The translations under genes and the position numbers were made by a program. From Schizochytrium sp. TIO01 (taxonomy: Eukaryota > Protista > Bigyra: Labyrinthulomycetes), in NCBI GenBank assembly GCA_004764695.1, contig SMSO01000036.1, positions 248,001 through 312,000 of the forward strand: 64,000 bases of DNA, given 5' to 3'. A model generated the notes under the pieces. The model searched no databases and had not been told where the DNA came from. It saw only the letters and a list, made by a program, of their open reading frames with translations. Of this stretch, positions 1-10,143 are shown in pieces (the stretch's first letter is position 1; each line of letters starts with the position of its first letter).

Positions 1-2321
1 GTGACAGCATAGTAAATGGCACGATCTTCGTCAGAAGCAGTTGGGAATGAGATGGGGAGAAAGTTCCCACGCGCCTTCTTTTCAGCCTCTTCAACACTCT
101 GTAGCCTCCATACGCGTTTCAAAGTGAACCAGGACTTGACTTGGTCACTCACCCATTCAGACTCAGAGACTTTGCGAACGAGGTCACGAATGGCCCAAGC
201 GTGCGCCTCTTCGAACTTCTCCTCCTGTGTCAAAGGTTCGCCAACAATGACGTTTTCCTCATCTCTTTCAATAGTGTTGCGATTCTTAGTTTCCTTCAAT
301 ACACCTGATGTAGCTGGTGATGCTAACTCCTGTTTCGTAGGCGGGGCTGCTTCAGTACTGCCCTTCATTTTTTTCTTAATGGGATCTTCTGAACTCGAAG
401 GAGTGGAGTACCCGACGGCTTTTGCAGGTTCCTTCTCCTCCATTGCAGTAGCTGCCCCCTTCTTAGGTTGAGTGTCGCTTGCACCTTTTCCGTTTGCCGG
501 CTCCGGCTTAGCACTACTATCCACCGAATTGTCGGACTTCTCACTCTTTAAAGCTCCACTCTTTATCGACCGATCTGCCGTTTCCTCGGGCCCCTCTTCT
601 TTAGCAGCTGAGCTTTTCTGATTCTTCTCCGTTGAGGATGTTCTTGCTGGTACTGGATTTTCTGCAACTTTTGCATCGGACCTTCTTGCAGCTGGGCTCG
701 GGCTCCTCGATGCCCTTGAGCTCTTCTTTTTCTTGCTGCTCTTAGGAGTTTCGCTCTTTTCGCCTTCGTCCGCGTCCATGTCATTGCTCTTCTTATCTTC
801 GTCCTTTAACTTCGTATCTTCATCGTTTTTTGCACTGCTGGACTTCTTCTCCTCATCCTCTTTTTGGTTTTTGTCATCGGCCTTGACTTTAACTGCTTTC
901 TGAACATCGTCTCTACGTTCTTTCTCTCCTGTTGCGTCCTTTCCTTTGACCTCTTCATTAGCAAGCGTTTCATTTTCCCCCTTTACGTTTGTTGAGTCAT
1001 TTTTGGCTTGCGTTTGTCCTACTTCGGTTTCCTCCTTGGCGCTTTCTTCCGTCTCATGTTTTTTCTTGGCGGCATTGGCGAGGAGCTCCGCGAGATTCTT
1101 CGTAGCGGAGTCCTCTCCGTTCTTGGCTTCTTCCTGTGCACTGATGAACTTGGCTAGATTTGCGAGCTTGGAGTTCGCGTTGGCGTTGCTAGAGGCCATG
1201 TCAGCGCTTTTGGCAAAAGCACTTTCGTCCTTATTAATCACACCTTCCTGGCCCATGAGTTGCGCAAATTGTGCCAATTTTGACGACGGTGAAGCTGGAT
1301 TTGCGTTGTTTATGGCTCCTGCTGCAGCCGCTACCTCCCCACTCACAAGGCTCGACAGTGCTGCGAGACCACCCATACTGCCTCCGTTCTGAACCGATGC
1401 TGGCGCAGAGCTCGACGTGCTCGAAGATGAAGTGTTCGCGGAAATCGAAGGATTCGAAGAAGCTGCAGCGAGGGCCTGCAGTGCTGAGTTAGCAGCAGTA
1501 TCAGGCTTGCCGTTTGTTGCTGATGATGGGGAAGTAAGAGAGTTGAGAAGGACTTCTGGGTTTGTGTTCTTCTTGACAGTCTCCAGCAGCGAAGAGAGCA
1601 CGTTTGTATGGTCTGGGGCGGATGAAGAAGTGGAAGTTGAGGAAGACGAGGCCGCGCTTGAGGCCGCCGCTAGAGCCGCAAGAGATGCCGCTGAAGATGC
1701 TTCGCGGTTCTTCAGGTCCGACGCGGGATCGGAAAGTCCCTTGGCAGAACCGGGAACTGCGTCCTCCCGAGAGTCCTCCTGAGGCCTGAAGGCATGGCCA
1801 GCGGCTCCGCCAATGAGGCTTTTAAGCGCAGCAAGGCTAGCGCTGGCATTAGCATTAGGACCTGAAGCGGAGGAGGCGGGCGGCGAGGGAGAGGATGAAG
1901 ATGATGCATGCTGCGAGAGCTGTGACATGAGCGCCGCGGCAGACGCGAGGTCGCCGCCGAAGTGGCCCGGTGAGGCGTCGGTTGGCGTCCTTTTCAAACT
2001 CTGAAAACTTTGGAAACCCAGGTTGCGAAGGCCGTCAGGGCCCAGCGAAGAGGACCCTGTCGCCGCCGCCAGTGCAGCCGCCGCTAGTGCCTCCGCCGCG
2101 TCCTGCGACTTCTTCGACCCCATCCCTCCCCCAGAGGAGGTGGCCGGGGTCGCCGTCGCTGACGACGAGGATGTTGACGACGAGGACGAGGACGAGCCCG
2201 AGCCCGAGCTCGCCGCCGCCGCGGCGCGCTCTAGTACAGACGTCGCGAGACCTGCCAGCCCCGACGAGCTGGACCACGCAGGGGCTGGCGCCGCGGGCGC
2301 CCCCTCAGCGTCGCGCGCCAT
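1..2321 (-). CDS. Large low-complexity protein of unknown function, 5' part only (runs off the left window edge)
   Basis: ATG at 2321 (MARDAEGAPAAPAPAW...). The frame is open in every segment I translated and stays in phase to position 3 (...KFEEAHAWAIRDLVRKVSESEWVSDQVKSWFTLKRVWRLQ...RAIYYAV). It has a Ser/Ala-rich N-terminus and a Lys/Glu-rich middle. It is absent from the ORF track because there is no stop inside the window; the + strand ORFs here are its antisense shadows. Confidence 0.8.
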   Translation of the reverse strand, partial: MARDAEGAPAAPAPAWSSSSGLAGLATSVLERAAAAASSGSGSSSSSSSTSSSSATATPATSSGGGMGSKKSQDAAEALAAAALAAATGSSSLGPDGLRNLGFQSFQSLKRTPTDASPGHFGGDLASAAALMSQLSQHASSSSSPSPPASSASGPNANASASLAALKSLIGGAAGHAFRPQEDSREDAVPGSAKGLSDPASDLKNREASSAASLAALAAASSAASSSSTSTSSSAPDHTNVLSSLLETVKKNTNPEVLLNSLTSPSSATNGKPDTAANSALQALAAASSNPSISANTSSSSTSSSAPASVQNGGSMGGLAALSSLVSGEVAAAAGAINNANPASPSSKLAQFAQLMGQEGVINKDESAFAKSADMASSNANANSKLANLAKFISAQEEAKNGEDSATKNLAELLANAAKKKHETEESAKEETEVGQTQAKNDSTNVKGENETLANEEVKGKDATGEKERRDDVQKAVKVKADDKNQKEDEEKKSSSAKNDEDTKLKDEDKKSNDMDADEGEKSETPKSSKKKKSSRASRSPSPAARRSDAKVAENPVPARTSSTEKNQKSSAAKEEGPEETADRSIKSGALKSEKSDNSVDSSAKPEPANGKGASDTQPKKGAATAMEEKEPAKAVGYSTPSSSEDPIKKKMKGSTEAAPPTKQELASPATSGVLKETKNRNTIERDEENVIVGEPLTQEEKFEEAHAWAIRDLVRKVSESEWVSDQVKSWFTLKRVWRLQSVEEAEKKARGNFLPISFPTASDEDRAIYYAV

Positions 2322-2400
2322 CGCGAGAGAAGAGCCGCTGCGCCGCGCTCTCTTCTGCTCTGCCTTCTCTTTCTTTGCTCTGCTTTCGCTCTCTCTTTCT

Positions 2401-2533
2401 CTCTCATATCTCTCATATCTCTCATATCTCTCTTTACTTACTTACTTACTTACTTACTTACCTACTTATATACTTCTTAATACGTAGGTAAGTAAGTAAG
2501 GAAGTAAGTAAGGAAGTAAGTAAGTAGGTAAGT
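2401..2533. repeat. Composite microsatellite: (CTCATATCT)3, then (TTAC)n facing (GTAA)n as an imperfect inverted repeat
   Basis: ttacttacttac... at 2434-2468 and gtaagtaagtaag... at 2488-2533, read directly. Confidence 0.85.
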
Positions 2534-2863
2534 CAGGAGGTAGCGACTCTTAGGACGACTACTACGAGCCACGCCCTTCTACCCTATTCTGTAGGAGCTC
2601 ATAGGATGGGTCTTCAGAGAGATCTAATGAGCTATGAAGAAGAGGCACATTACTGTTTCGTTGTGGAGGAGGACCACGATTCTATCACAGCCTTTGCTCA
2701 GGCTGTCTGTGCGTGGGTGCATGGATGAAGGACTCAGCTCTGTCTCGCTCAAGCGTGCGTGTGGCTTGGATCCTGACTGACTGACTGAGCGAGCTCAGGC
2801 TTGGGCTTCCATGAAACTGTGCTTCTCTCTCCTCAGAATAAACTGTGCAGCTTCTTAATTGAT

Positions 2864-3246
2864 CAATAGATAGATACATAGATACATAGATACATAGATA
2901 GATTCTGAGATACTGACTAAAGATAGATACACAGAGAGAGGGATACAGAGATGCATAGATACAGAGATGGCTCCATTGGATGATAACATAACTGAGCCCA
3001 CTTGTAAAGCATAAAACAAACGCTTCTCGATCAGCAATTAAGATCTTGGATGCGGTTGCAGAAGCAATGCACGAATGTGTTTACTTCGACATCAACTTAC
3101 TTTGTAGCTCCTTGTTCGATTGCATTTCTATCTATCGATATATGTATGTCTATACCGATATATTTCTATGAATCAATCAATCACTCAATTGCATCAATCA
3201 ATCAATCAATCAATCAATCAATTGCATTAATCGATCAATCATCAAT
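2864..3246. repeat. Degenerate (ATAG/ATAC)n and (ATCA)n microsatellite patches
   Basis: atagatagatacatagatacatagat at ~2866-2905; atcaatcaatcaatc at ~3171-3246. Confidence 0.7.
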
Positions 3247-5974
3247 ATAACTACGCCACATGCAAATAGTATGGGATGTACTTCGATATCGTATGAATGA
3301 ATGTATGTATAGGTACCCCAACTGCAAATGAGCCTACTCTGAGTGGCTTAGCACTACTGTACTCGTACTAAGACTTAGGCAGGCCTCTCAAGCAAGCAAA
3401 CTACTCGTCAGATTCCATCGATACCTGGGTACATGCGCTCTGGCTGTGGCTCGCGAACGTGTAAAGCTGACCAATTGCACCAAGTCCCTGCAGAGGAGCG
3501 AGTTTGTCACGTTGTGGCTCAGCTCCCTCCAGGATCCTCATCACCATGCTGGATAATCGTCATTCGTGAGCTTGATCTGATCTTGACTCTTCGTCCCTTC
3601 GACGCCCTTTCATTCACTACCGCATGGCTACCACCAACCCTAACGACTACTTCCTTGGCTGACTGACTAGCCACTAGCTAGCCTTATGGCTACGAGTCAA
3701 GACCGCCAAAGGCTGTCTATGGCGCTGGCTAGCACTTAACTTAAGAGTCGTCTAACTACCGGCATCTAACGAACCGAGATCTCTCTGTCTACGTATTGCT
3801 AATAAATAACTTAACTGACTGACTAAGTGAGTTAGTTCAACTGACTCAATAAATAACTGACTCTTGTGAGCAAGTAACGAAAGTAGTGATTTATAAATTG
3901 TAGTTGTTAGGCGTAAAAAACGAAGGTGAGGAAACTGACAACTTCACCCAAGTTTTAGCCTATATCTTGTACAACGTATTCTGGGACTATCTACCTGACT
4001 CCATAGCACGCCTTGGTTGACTTGAAAGTTCCTTTTTAGGCTGCTGCTGCTGCGTTTAGCACTTATGCAATGAACCCCAAAAATAGCACACACTACTCAA
4101 GACCACGAGTGGTAGGCTATGAGATAGGTATCCCCTACTAGTAGTACAGCTCAAAGAGGGTACACCAGGAAGTTGTCCACGTAACTAGCGTTTGTAGTAG
4201 TGTTAACTGTAGTAGTGGGTACCTTGTATGAGCGATAGTATTTTGTTTCGCTTGTTCTCGCTATGAAGTAGGCACTAGGGTAGTCGGTAACTAGGCCCCT
4301 AGCATGCTGTGCTGTTGTGTAATGAGCAGAGTTGCACAGCTGGTAATACGAAAACCTCAGTGGCAACTACGTTGCCATTGAAGATTGAAGGCTGGCTGTC
4401 CAAGATGGACATGAGTGCAGGAGGAGGCATTGCAAGGGAGGATTCAGGGCGTCGGGCCTTTGGCTTTGTAGTGGTAGTAATAGCCGGATTACAATTCAAT
4501 CAATTGGATGAAGCTCTGTATGATGTTGAGAGCTACAATGATTCGAGGTCTAGTTTGAGAAATGGTCAAGCCAGACAATACTAAATAAATCGCAAAATCA
4601 AGGGAGGGGAAATGTAGATAGATAGAATCGCACTGCGTTAGGTTGTAAAGTTATGAATTGGATTAGGTGGCTTGTTAGTTCGTCTGAGTTCGTGCAGTTT
4701 CTTTGAGTCAAAATGACCAACGGCATTCGCTGTGCGGCCGTGCAATGGTCAGGCACGATGCAACATTTCCATCCTTGCGTGGTTTCGCTCATAGAATCAA
4801 AGCACGTTGTTCACACAGCTTGAAGGGGTATTTTCTCTACTATGGGAAGCCAAATTAGGCCAGCCAGCCAGATAGCAAGCTAAGTTAGCGAGCTACGGTA
4901 GCTAGCTCCCGGTGCACGCGTTTGCAGTGAAATGCGTGCAGTATAAATGCGCAAGTGCCAAAACACGTATTTCCTGCGTTTTTATGAAACGATCTCCAAC
5001 TCAGATCATCGTGGCCGCGCAAGTTATCGAAGTTAATCTTAGGTGTCAATGGATTATCATCCTCGCTGTTACACGGAGGTTACTTTGCCTCATTTCTTCC
5101 ATTTTTTTTCACCAATGACCACAATGAATAGATAGCAGTAGAATAAAATACATCTTTTCAAGTTAGAAAACAATAACCTCCACTAAGACACTCCTAAGAA
5201 GAGGTGGAAATAAAAGACGAGAGGCATACTAAATGACTGAATCAAAAACATTAATCAATTTCTCGTTTAGCGAGTCGGAGGGAGCATTCACGAGCAACGC
5301 CATTTCAACCAAACTCGGCCCCGCCTTCTCTTTACGGTGCATCATCTTCTCTTTTCAAGACCAAGACCCAACTCTAGATCGAGGTGGTCCGCCAGGCCGG
5401 ACTACGTGCGTGTCCGCCTGTTTGCCCGCTGTTCTCACCACTACGTACTCGTGTCGTCTCCTCGGTCATTGCCTTCTTCTGCACCGTGCAAGAGCTTACC
5501 TTTCGGCGAGAAGGAGAAAGCCGTAAGACAGTGGCATACCTCAAGAGAGGAGCTGTCAAACACCCTGCAAAGGGGTTAATCAACGAATTGCAGGTGTTCC
5601 TGACACTGCAATATTCGTTGACGCCGACGGACAAATCAAGAAACAACTGGGTTTCCTGACAAAAGTCTTGCTATTGATCAAGCTTCTGCGGAGCTAACCA
5701 CAGACACAAAAGCACATTTTCGTTGAGGTTTACCAGTCTTGTAGAGGGCTACAAATTCCTAAACGTGCGGACTATTTTTAAGCCGAAAAAACGAGCAAAG
5801 CAAAAGGGTTTCTGCAGTATTTGACCAGACTGCACCTGAGGGACCACGGGCTGCTGTTTTTTCACTCGCTTAGGTGGCATCCTATTCAAACATTCATTCT
5901 TGAGGTTTTAGCTCGTCTCTTTACTTTGTGTGGTCCAAGTTAATCATTTGTCAGGGACTTAATTCATAGTTAGG

Positions 5975-8548
5975 ATGCTTGCAAAGCTACGAAAAGGAGT
6001 AGCCGACTTTCAGGAAGCCTTGAAAGCAACTCCTACGCAAAAGCAACCCGTAGAACAGTTCAAGGACCTATGGGCGGATCTCCAGGCTGAACATGACAGG
6101 ATCTTGCAGCAGAACACAAATTTGGATGATCCTCGACTCCTCGGTAAGACGCACATCCCCAGAAATCTTGATGCAATGGTGAACCTTCTCGTGCGAGAAG
6201 ACCTTGGTTTACTTCAAGATACCAACAGAGGCATATCTCAAGGCATTGATCACAGCGAAATTGGTGAAAACCATACAGGTCCGCTACGTGCTTGTCTCGA
6301 GTACACTCTCGAGAATCGAGTCTTTATTGACCTCTGCGCAAAGGGTTTTGCAGACCGTCCACAAGGTATGATGTCGCTTATCCTCATTACGCTCAACCAA
6401 CTTGTAGAACGTCTACGCCATCCTATTATCCCATATAAAACAGCACATGCACCTCTGTCACAGCTCATTCGTGTCAGTGCAGAGGTTGGCTCTCCCGCAG
6501 CACAAGAACGCCTCGTAGTGCTTCTGCGCACGCTCTGGATCCATATGCGAAGGGATCCTACGCAGCTTCAGTTCTTCTATGCTGCCAACCCCATGCAAAA
6601 AGACAATCAAAATGAGAAGCTTGACCTTTTTAATGCACTGCTACCACATGTCATGGCTGACTCCGAAATTGGCGAAAGGGCTCGCCACGCCATCCTGTGC
6701 GTGTCATCTATCGCTGACCCCTACCTTCACGAATATGTCGTTCAAAGAACCAATTTCTGTAAGATTCTCGCACTTGGTCTCGTGCGGGCTTATGAAGACG
6801 CTGTAAGCACTCGGCGTAATAGGGACCGCTCTGCTGAGCAGGAGGACGGGCTCTCAAGGGCGCGCAGTGCATCACGCGATGCCCAAGGTCATAAGGCCAA
6901 TCCGGCAGACCTCGCAGTGCTCGAAGCAGATCGGGTCTTAGCGACACGGTGGAAATTCGCTCTTGCTTTGTCTACACCAGGTATTTTTGCTGGTATTGAC
7001 TTTGACGAGGAAGAAGAGCAAGGACAGGTTGATGAAGACCTCCAAGCAGAAGAAGGTTTATCTGCCAAACAAGATGAACGTCAAGATGTCAAAGATAAGT
7101 TGCATCTAGAACTTCTTTCTAATACAGTGGTTCGTGAAATTTCAGATGTCTTCATCACTGGCCCTGTACGCAGTGGACTTTTGGAGACTCATGAGGATAC
7201 CGTGCGGGACAATATGCTTGCTGTTTGCGTCTTGCTCGAAAGTGCCGTCGAAGCTGGGTCTGGAACAGCCATGCATGGCCCACTGCAATGGAAGCTTGTC
7301 TCGATGCTTATATCTCCATCACTCAGCCCTGATCTGCGCTCCCTTGACCAAGGAAATGACAAACTTGGACAGCAAGATGCTGCTGGACTTGAAGATGCTC
7401 GTCTCCAAACTGAGCTCCTCGTCTGTATTGACTCAATGTCCCCCCACCTTTCCACTGCAGCGCTCAAGCTCTTCTCTGCGCTTTTGGACCTCAATGATGC
7501 CCGAATTCTTCACAGCCTAATCCTTCGTCAACTTTACAGCGGCTACCACCTTCAAGCTGCCCCGGATGGAACACCCCCGCCGCCAAACCCTCTAAGAACA
7601 CCTCCACGTTCGCAGTACGAAAAGCCATCCCGTTCCGCAGCTCACCTGGGTCACCCAAGGTCTACTGGTAACGCCATCGACTTTCTTGACAAATACCCTG
7701 GCTCCCCTAGACCCCCCGTAACCAATTCCAAACACAAGGTAAACACAATGACAGATCAAGAACTCAAAGATTTGGTTACTTTCGAGTCTTATCTCACCGA
7801 TGAACAGGCACAAGCTGCTGCTCGACTTGCAGCATACACTTCGCCTATGGGAAGTTCGCAAGCTCGCAGTTGCTCCCCCAGAAAGCTAAAGCCCAGCAAA
7901 CTTAGCATCTCCATCGACACAAATCCACCATCTTTTGGAACGACGGATGGCGCAGGCGTTACGAGTGGAGCTACGACTCCAGATTTTACTGAGGGACTTT
8001 TCCTTACGGTTTTACTGAACAAATTAGAGCGCATGCTCGACAGTTCGCTTGAGGAAAACCTCTTGCTCACAGGTATTTTAGCTAAACTTGCACAATGCCC
8101 ACACCGTGTGATTCATAGCTATCTATATGAAGAGTCCATTCCTGTTAAGGATTTTCGGGCTGCTTTTGACGGCAGGCCATACGAGATGACGACATTTGAC
8201 GCTGAACAGGGCGACACACTCCTCAGCATCAAACCTAATGTGCGCACTTTGGCCAACGCACTCGCCACTGTGTGGAAAGAAGCGCAAGAACGTGCGCAAG
8301 ATCTTGAACCGGAATTTAAGCAGCACCATGAATGGACGCGCCTACAACTTGGTGCTGATGGAGAGTTTTCTCCCGATATTGGGGCTGACCATGGTCTTCT
8401 CAAAGTTTTGTCTGGTTCTTCAGATTTTGGGCCCTCTAAGCAACGCTTTGTTCGAGCTTATGTTGTCGTTGAGGAATTTTTAAAAGAACTAGCATCAATT
8501 TTGCAGGCAAAGCAGAACCTTGCCTGCCTTCAGTTAGACCTACAGTGA
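5975..8548 (+). CDS. FHIP: FTS- and Hook-interacting protein (FHIP/FAM160 family, RAI16-like domain)
   Basis: 857 aa ORF. N-terminal GPLRACLEYTLENRVF...P+GM region; C-terminal family signature FLTVLLNKLERMLDSSLEENLLLTGILAKLAQCP and terminal VVVEEFLKELASILQ. Confidence 0.85.
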   Translation: MLAKLRKGVADFQEALKATPTQKQPVEQFKDLWADLQAEHDRILQQNTNLDDPRLLGKTHIPRNLDAMVNLLVREDLGLLQDTNRGISQGIDHSEIGENHTGPLRACLEYTLENRVFIDLCAKGFADRPQGMMSLILITLNQLVERLRHPIIPYKTAHAPLSQLIRVSAEVGSPAAQERLVVLLRTLWIHMRRDPTQLQFFYAANPMQKDNQNEKLDLFNALLPHVMADSEIGERARHAILCVSSIADPYLHEYVVQRTNFCKILALGLVRAYEDAVSTRRNRDRSAEQEDGLSRARSASRDAQGHKANPADLAVLEADRVLATRWKFALALSTPGIFAGIDFDEEEEQGQVDEDLQAEEGLSAKQDERQDVKDKLHLELLSNTVVREISDVFITGPVRSGLLETHEDTVRDNMLAVCVLLESAVEAGSGTAMHGPLQWKLVSMLISPSLSPDLRSLDQGNDKLGQQDAAGLEDARLQTELLVCIDSMSPHLSTAALKLFSALLDLNDARILHSLILRQLYSGYHLQAAPDGTPPPPNPLRTPPRSQYEKPSRSAAHLGHPRSTGNAIDFLDKYPGSPRPPVTNSKHKVNTMTDQELKDLVTFESYLTDEQAQAAARLAAYTSPMGSSQARSCSPRKLKPSKLSISIDTNPPSFGTTDGAGVTSGATTPDFTEGLFLTVLLNKLERMLDSSLEENLLLTGILAKLAQCPHRVIHSYLYEESIPVKDFRAAFDGRPYEMTTFDAEQGDTLLSIKPNVRTLANALATVWKEAQERAQDLEPEFKQHHEWTRLQLGADGEFSPDIGADHGLLKVLSGSSDFGPSKQRFVRAYVVVEEFLKELASILQAKQNLACLQLDLQ

Positions 8549-10143
8549 ACACCATTGCGTTATAAATAATAATAATAAAAAATATAAAAATTGACCAAGT
8601 TATTTTATGACAGCAATAACAATCCTAATCTTTCTCGAGAAGACCCCCTCCTTTCACTTTTCGAGTCTTGGTACAATAAGATATATATACCATTATCATC
8701 TTACTATTTTAAAGACAAAAGGCTGTTGTTGATGATGCAACAACAACCAGACATTCCTGCATGTACAAAAATTTCTTAACCAACCTTAAGCCCCATGAAC
8801 TGCGGTTATTTCTTCAATTAATCAAGTTCTAACTTGTGATTGGACTTGCAAGGTCATTTCCATCTTGCACTTTTTGCGATTGCGAGTGTTGCAGCAGCTG
8901 TATACAACAACTAACCCATTTCGCACTCCTTCACAGCGATTGTCATATTCTCTACCAATTCTCGAGTTCTCAGCTGCGTAATGTTCGTTGCCCAGTTCAT
9001 GGTTAGGACTGTTAATTTGATCGACGCTAGTAATTTTAACATGTTCTGAATTCTAGATTATTATCGATGCAATACACAAACGCATCTGTACTGTGTAAAT
9101 TCGCAAATCCCGAGATAGACTCAGGGCTCGTATGCTTCAGAGAGAAGTTTTTCATCTGATTTATATTAGCATTCAAACACAAGTGCGCACATAAACATAC
9201 ATGCATTCGCGCGCCTGCAGGCATTCGTTCATGCATTCTCATTGGTCTAAGCTCAACCACATTCATTGAAATAAGCTATTTAGTGGTGTGTAAAAGCGAG
9301 ACTATTTTTTTTTTCACAGCTATGCATTTGAGAAGTGCCTTGAATGTTTGTTGCATCAAAATTATTTTGCCCTTTTTTTGTTTCTGTTTTTTTCTTCCAT
9401 TTTTTTAAAATTGAAAAACGACCCTCTTTTAGTTACATATACACATATAAGAATTGTGACATCATTTATCTTGCGTGATCGAGAATCCCCTTCATACAAT
9501 AATTTTCAAATACGAATAGGGATGAGTCATACCAAGGTAGTAAAGATGATCATCAAGTAGCTTTTATCACTTTCAAAAAAATTGATGTTCCACAAAAAGT
9601 TTTAGTAGTGACCTTTTTAGTTACCAACTCACAAGGTGTGCGTTAGAGCCGTTGAACGAGTCCACTTGAGTAGAATACCGCCCCTACAAGAAAGTAGGTG
9701 CGACTCTATGTTCTTGACTATTTTGCGTCTTAATAGGCCTAGCGTATAAGTGAAATGAAAATATTGCCTCGGCCAAGAGCGTTATAAGAGAATCCAATCC
9801 CCGGCCACTGATACTTGAGTCGGGCCGATCCAATCAAATCTGGGTAACAAGCATTCTAACAGTATTCAAGTCAATATCTCAGAAGCAAACCACACCGGCC
9901 AGCAAAAAGTTGCTCACAAACAATTATCGTATTGGGAACTAAAAGTCACTTATCTGTCGAAGGTATTTTGTTGTTTTTGTTGTTCTTGTTGTTCCTTCCT
10001 TATCTTATTCGACTCCTCCTATACATATATCACTAAATTAGCAGAATAGGTATTGTTCAAGAGACAAGGCTCAGGCAATTCCATACGAAGCCTCAAGGGC
10101 TGAAGACGCACTATAAGCCGCTCAAAGAGCGGAACAGGAAACC

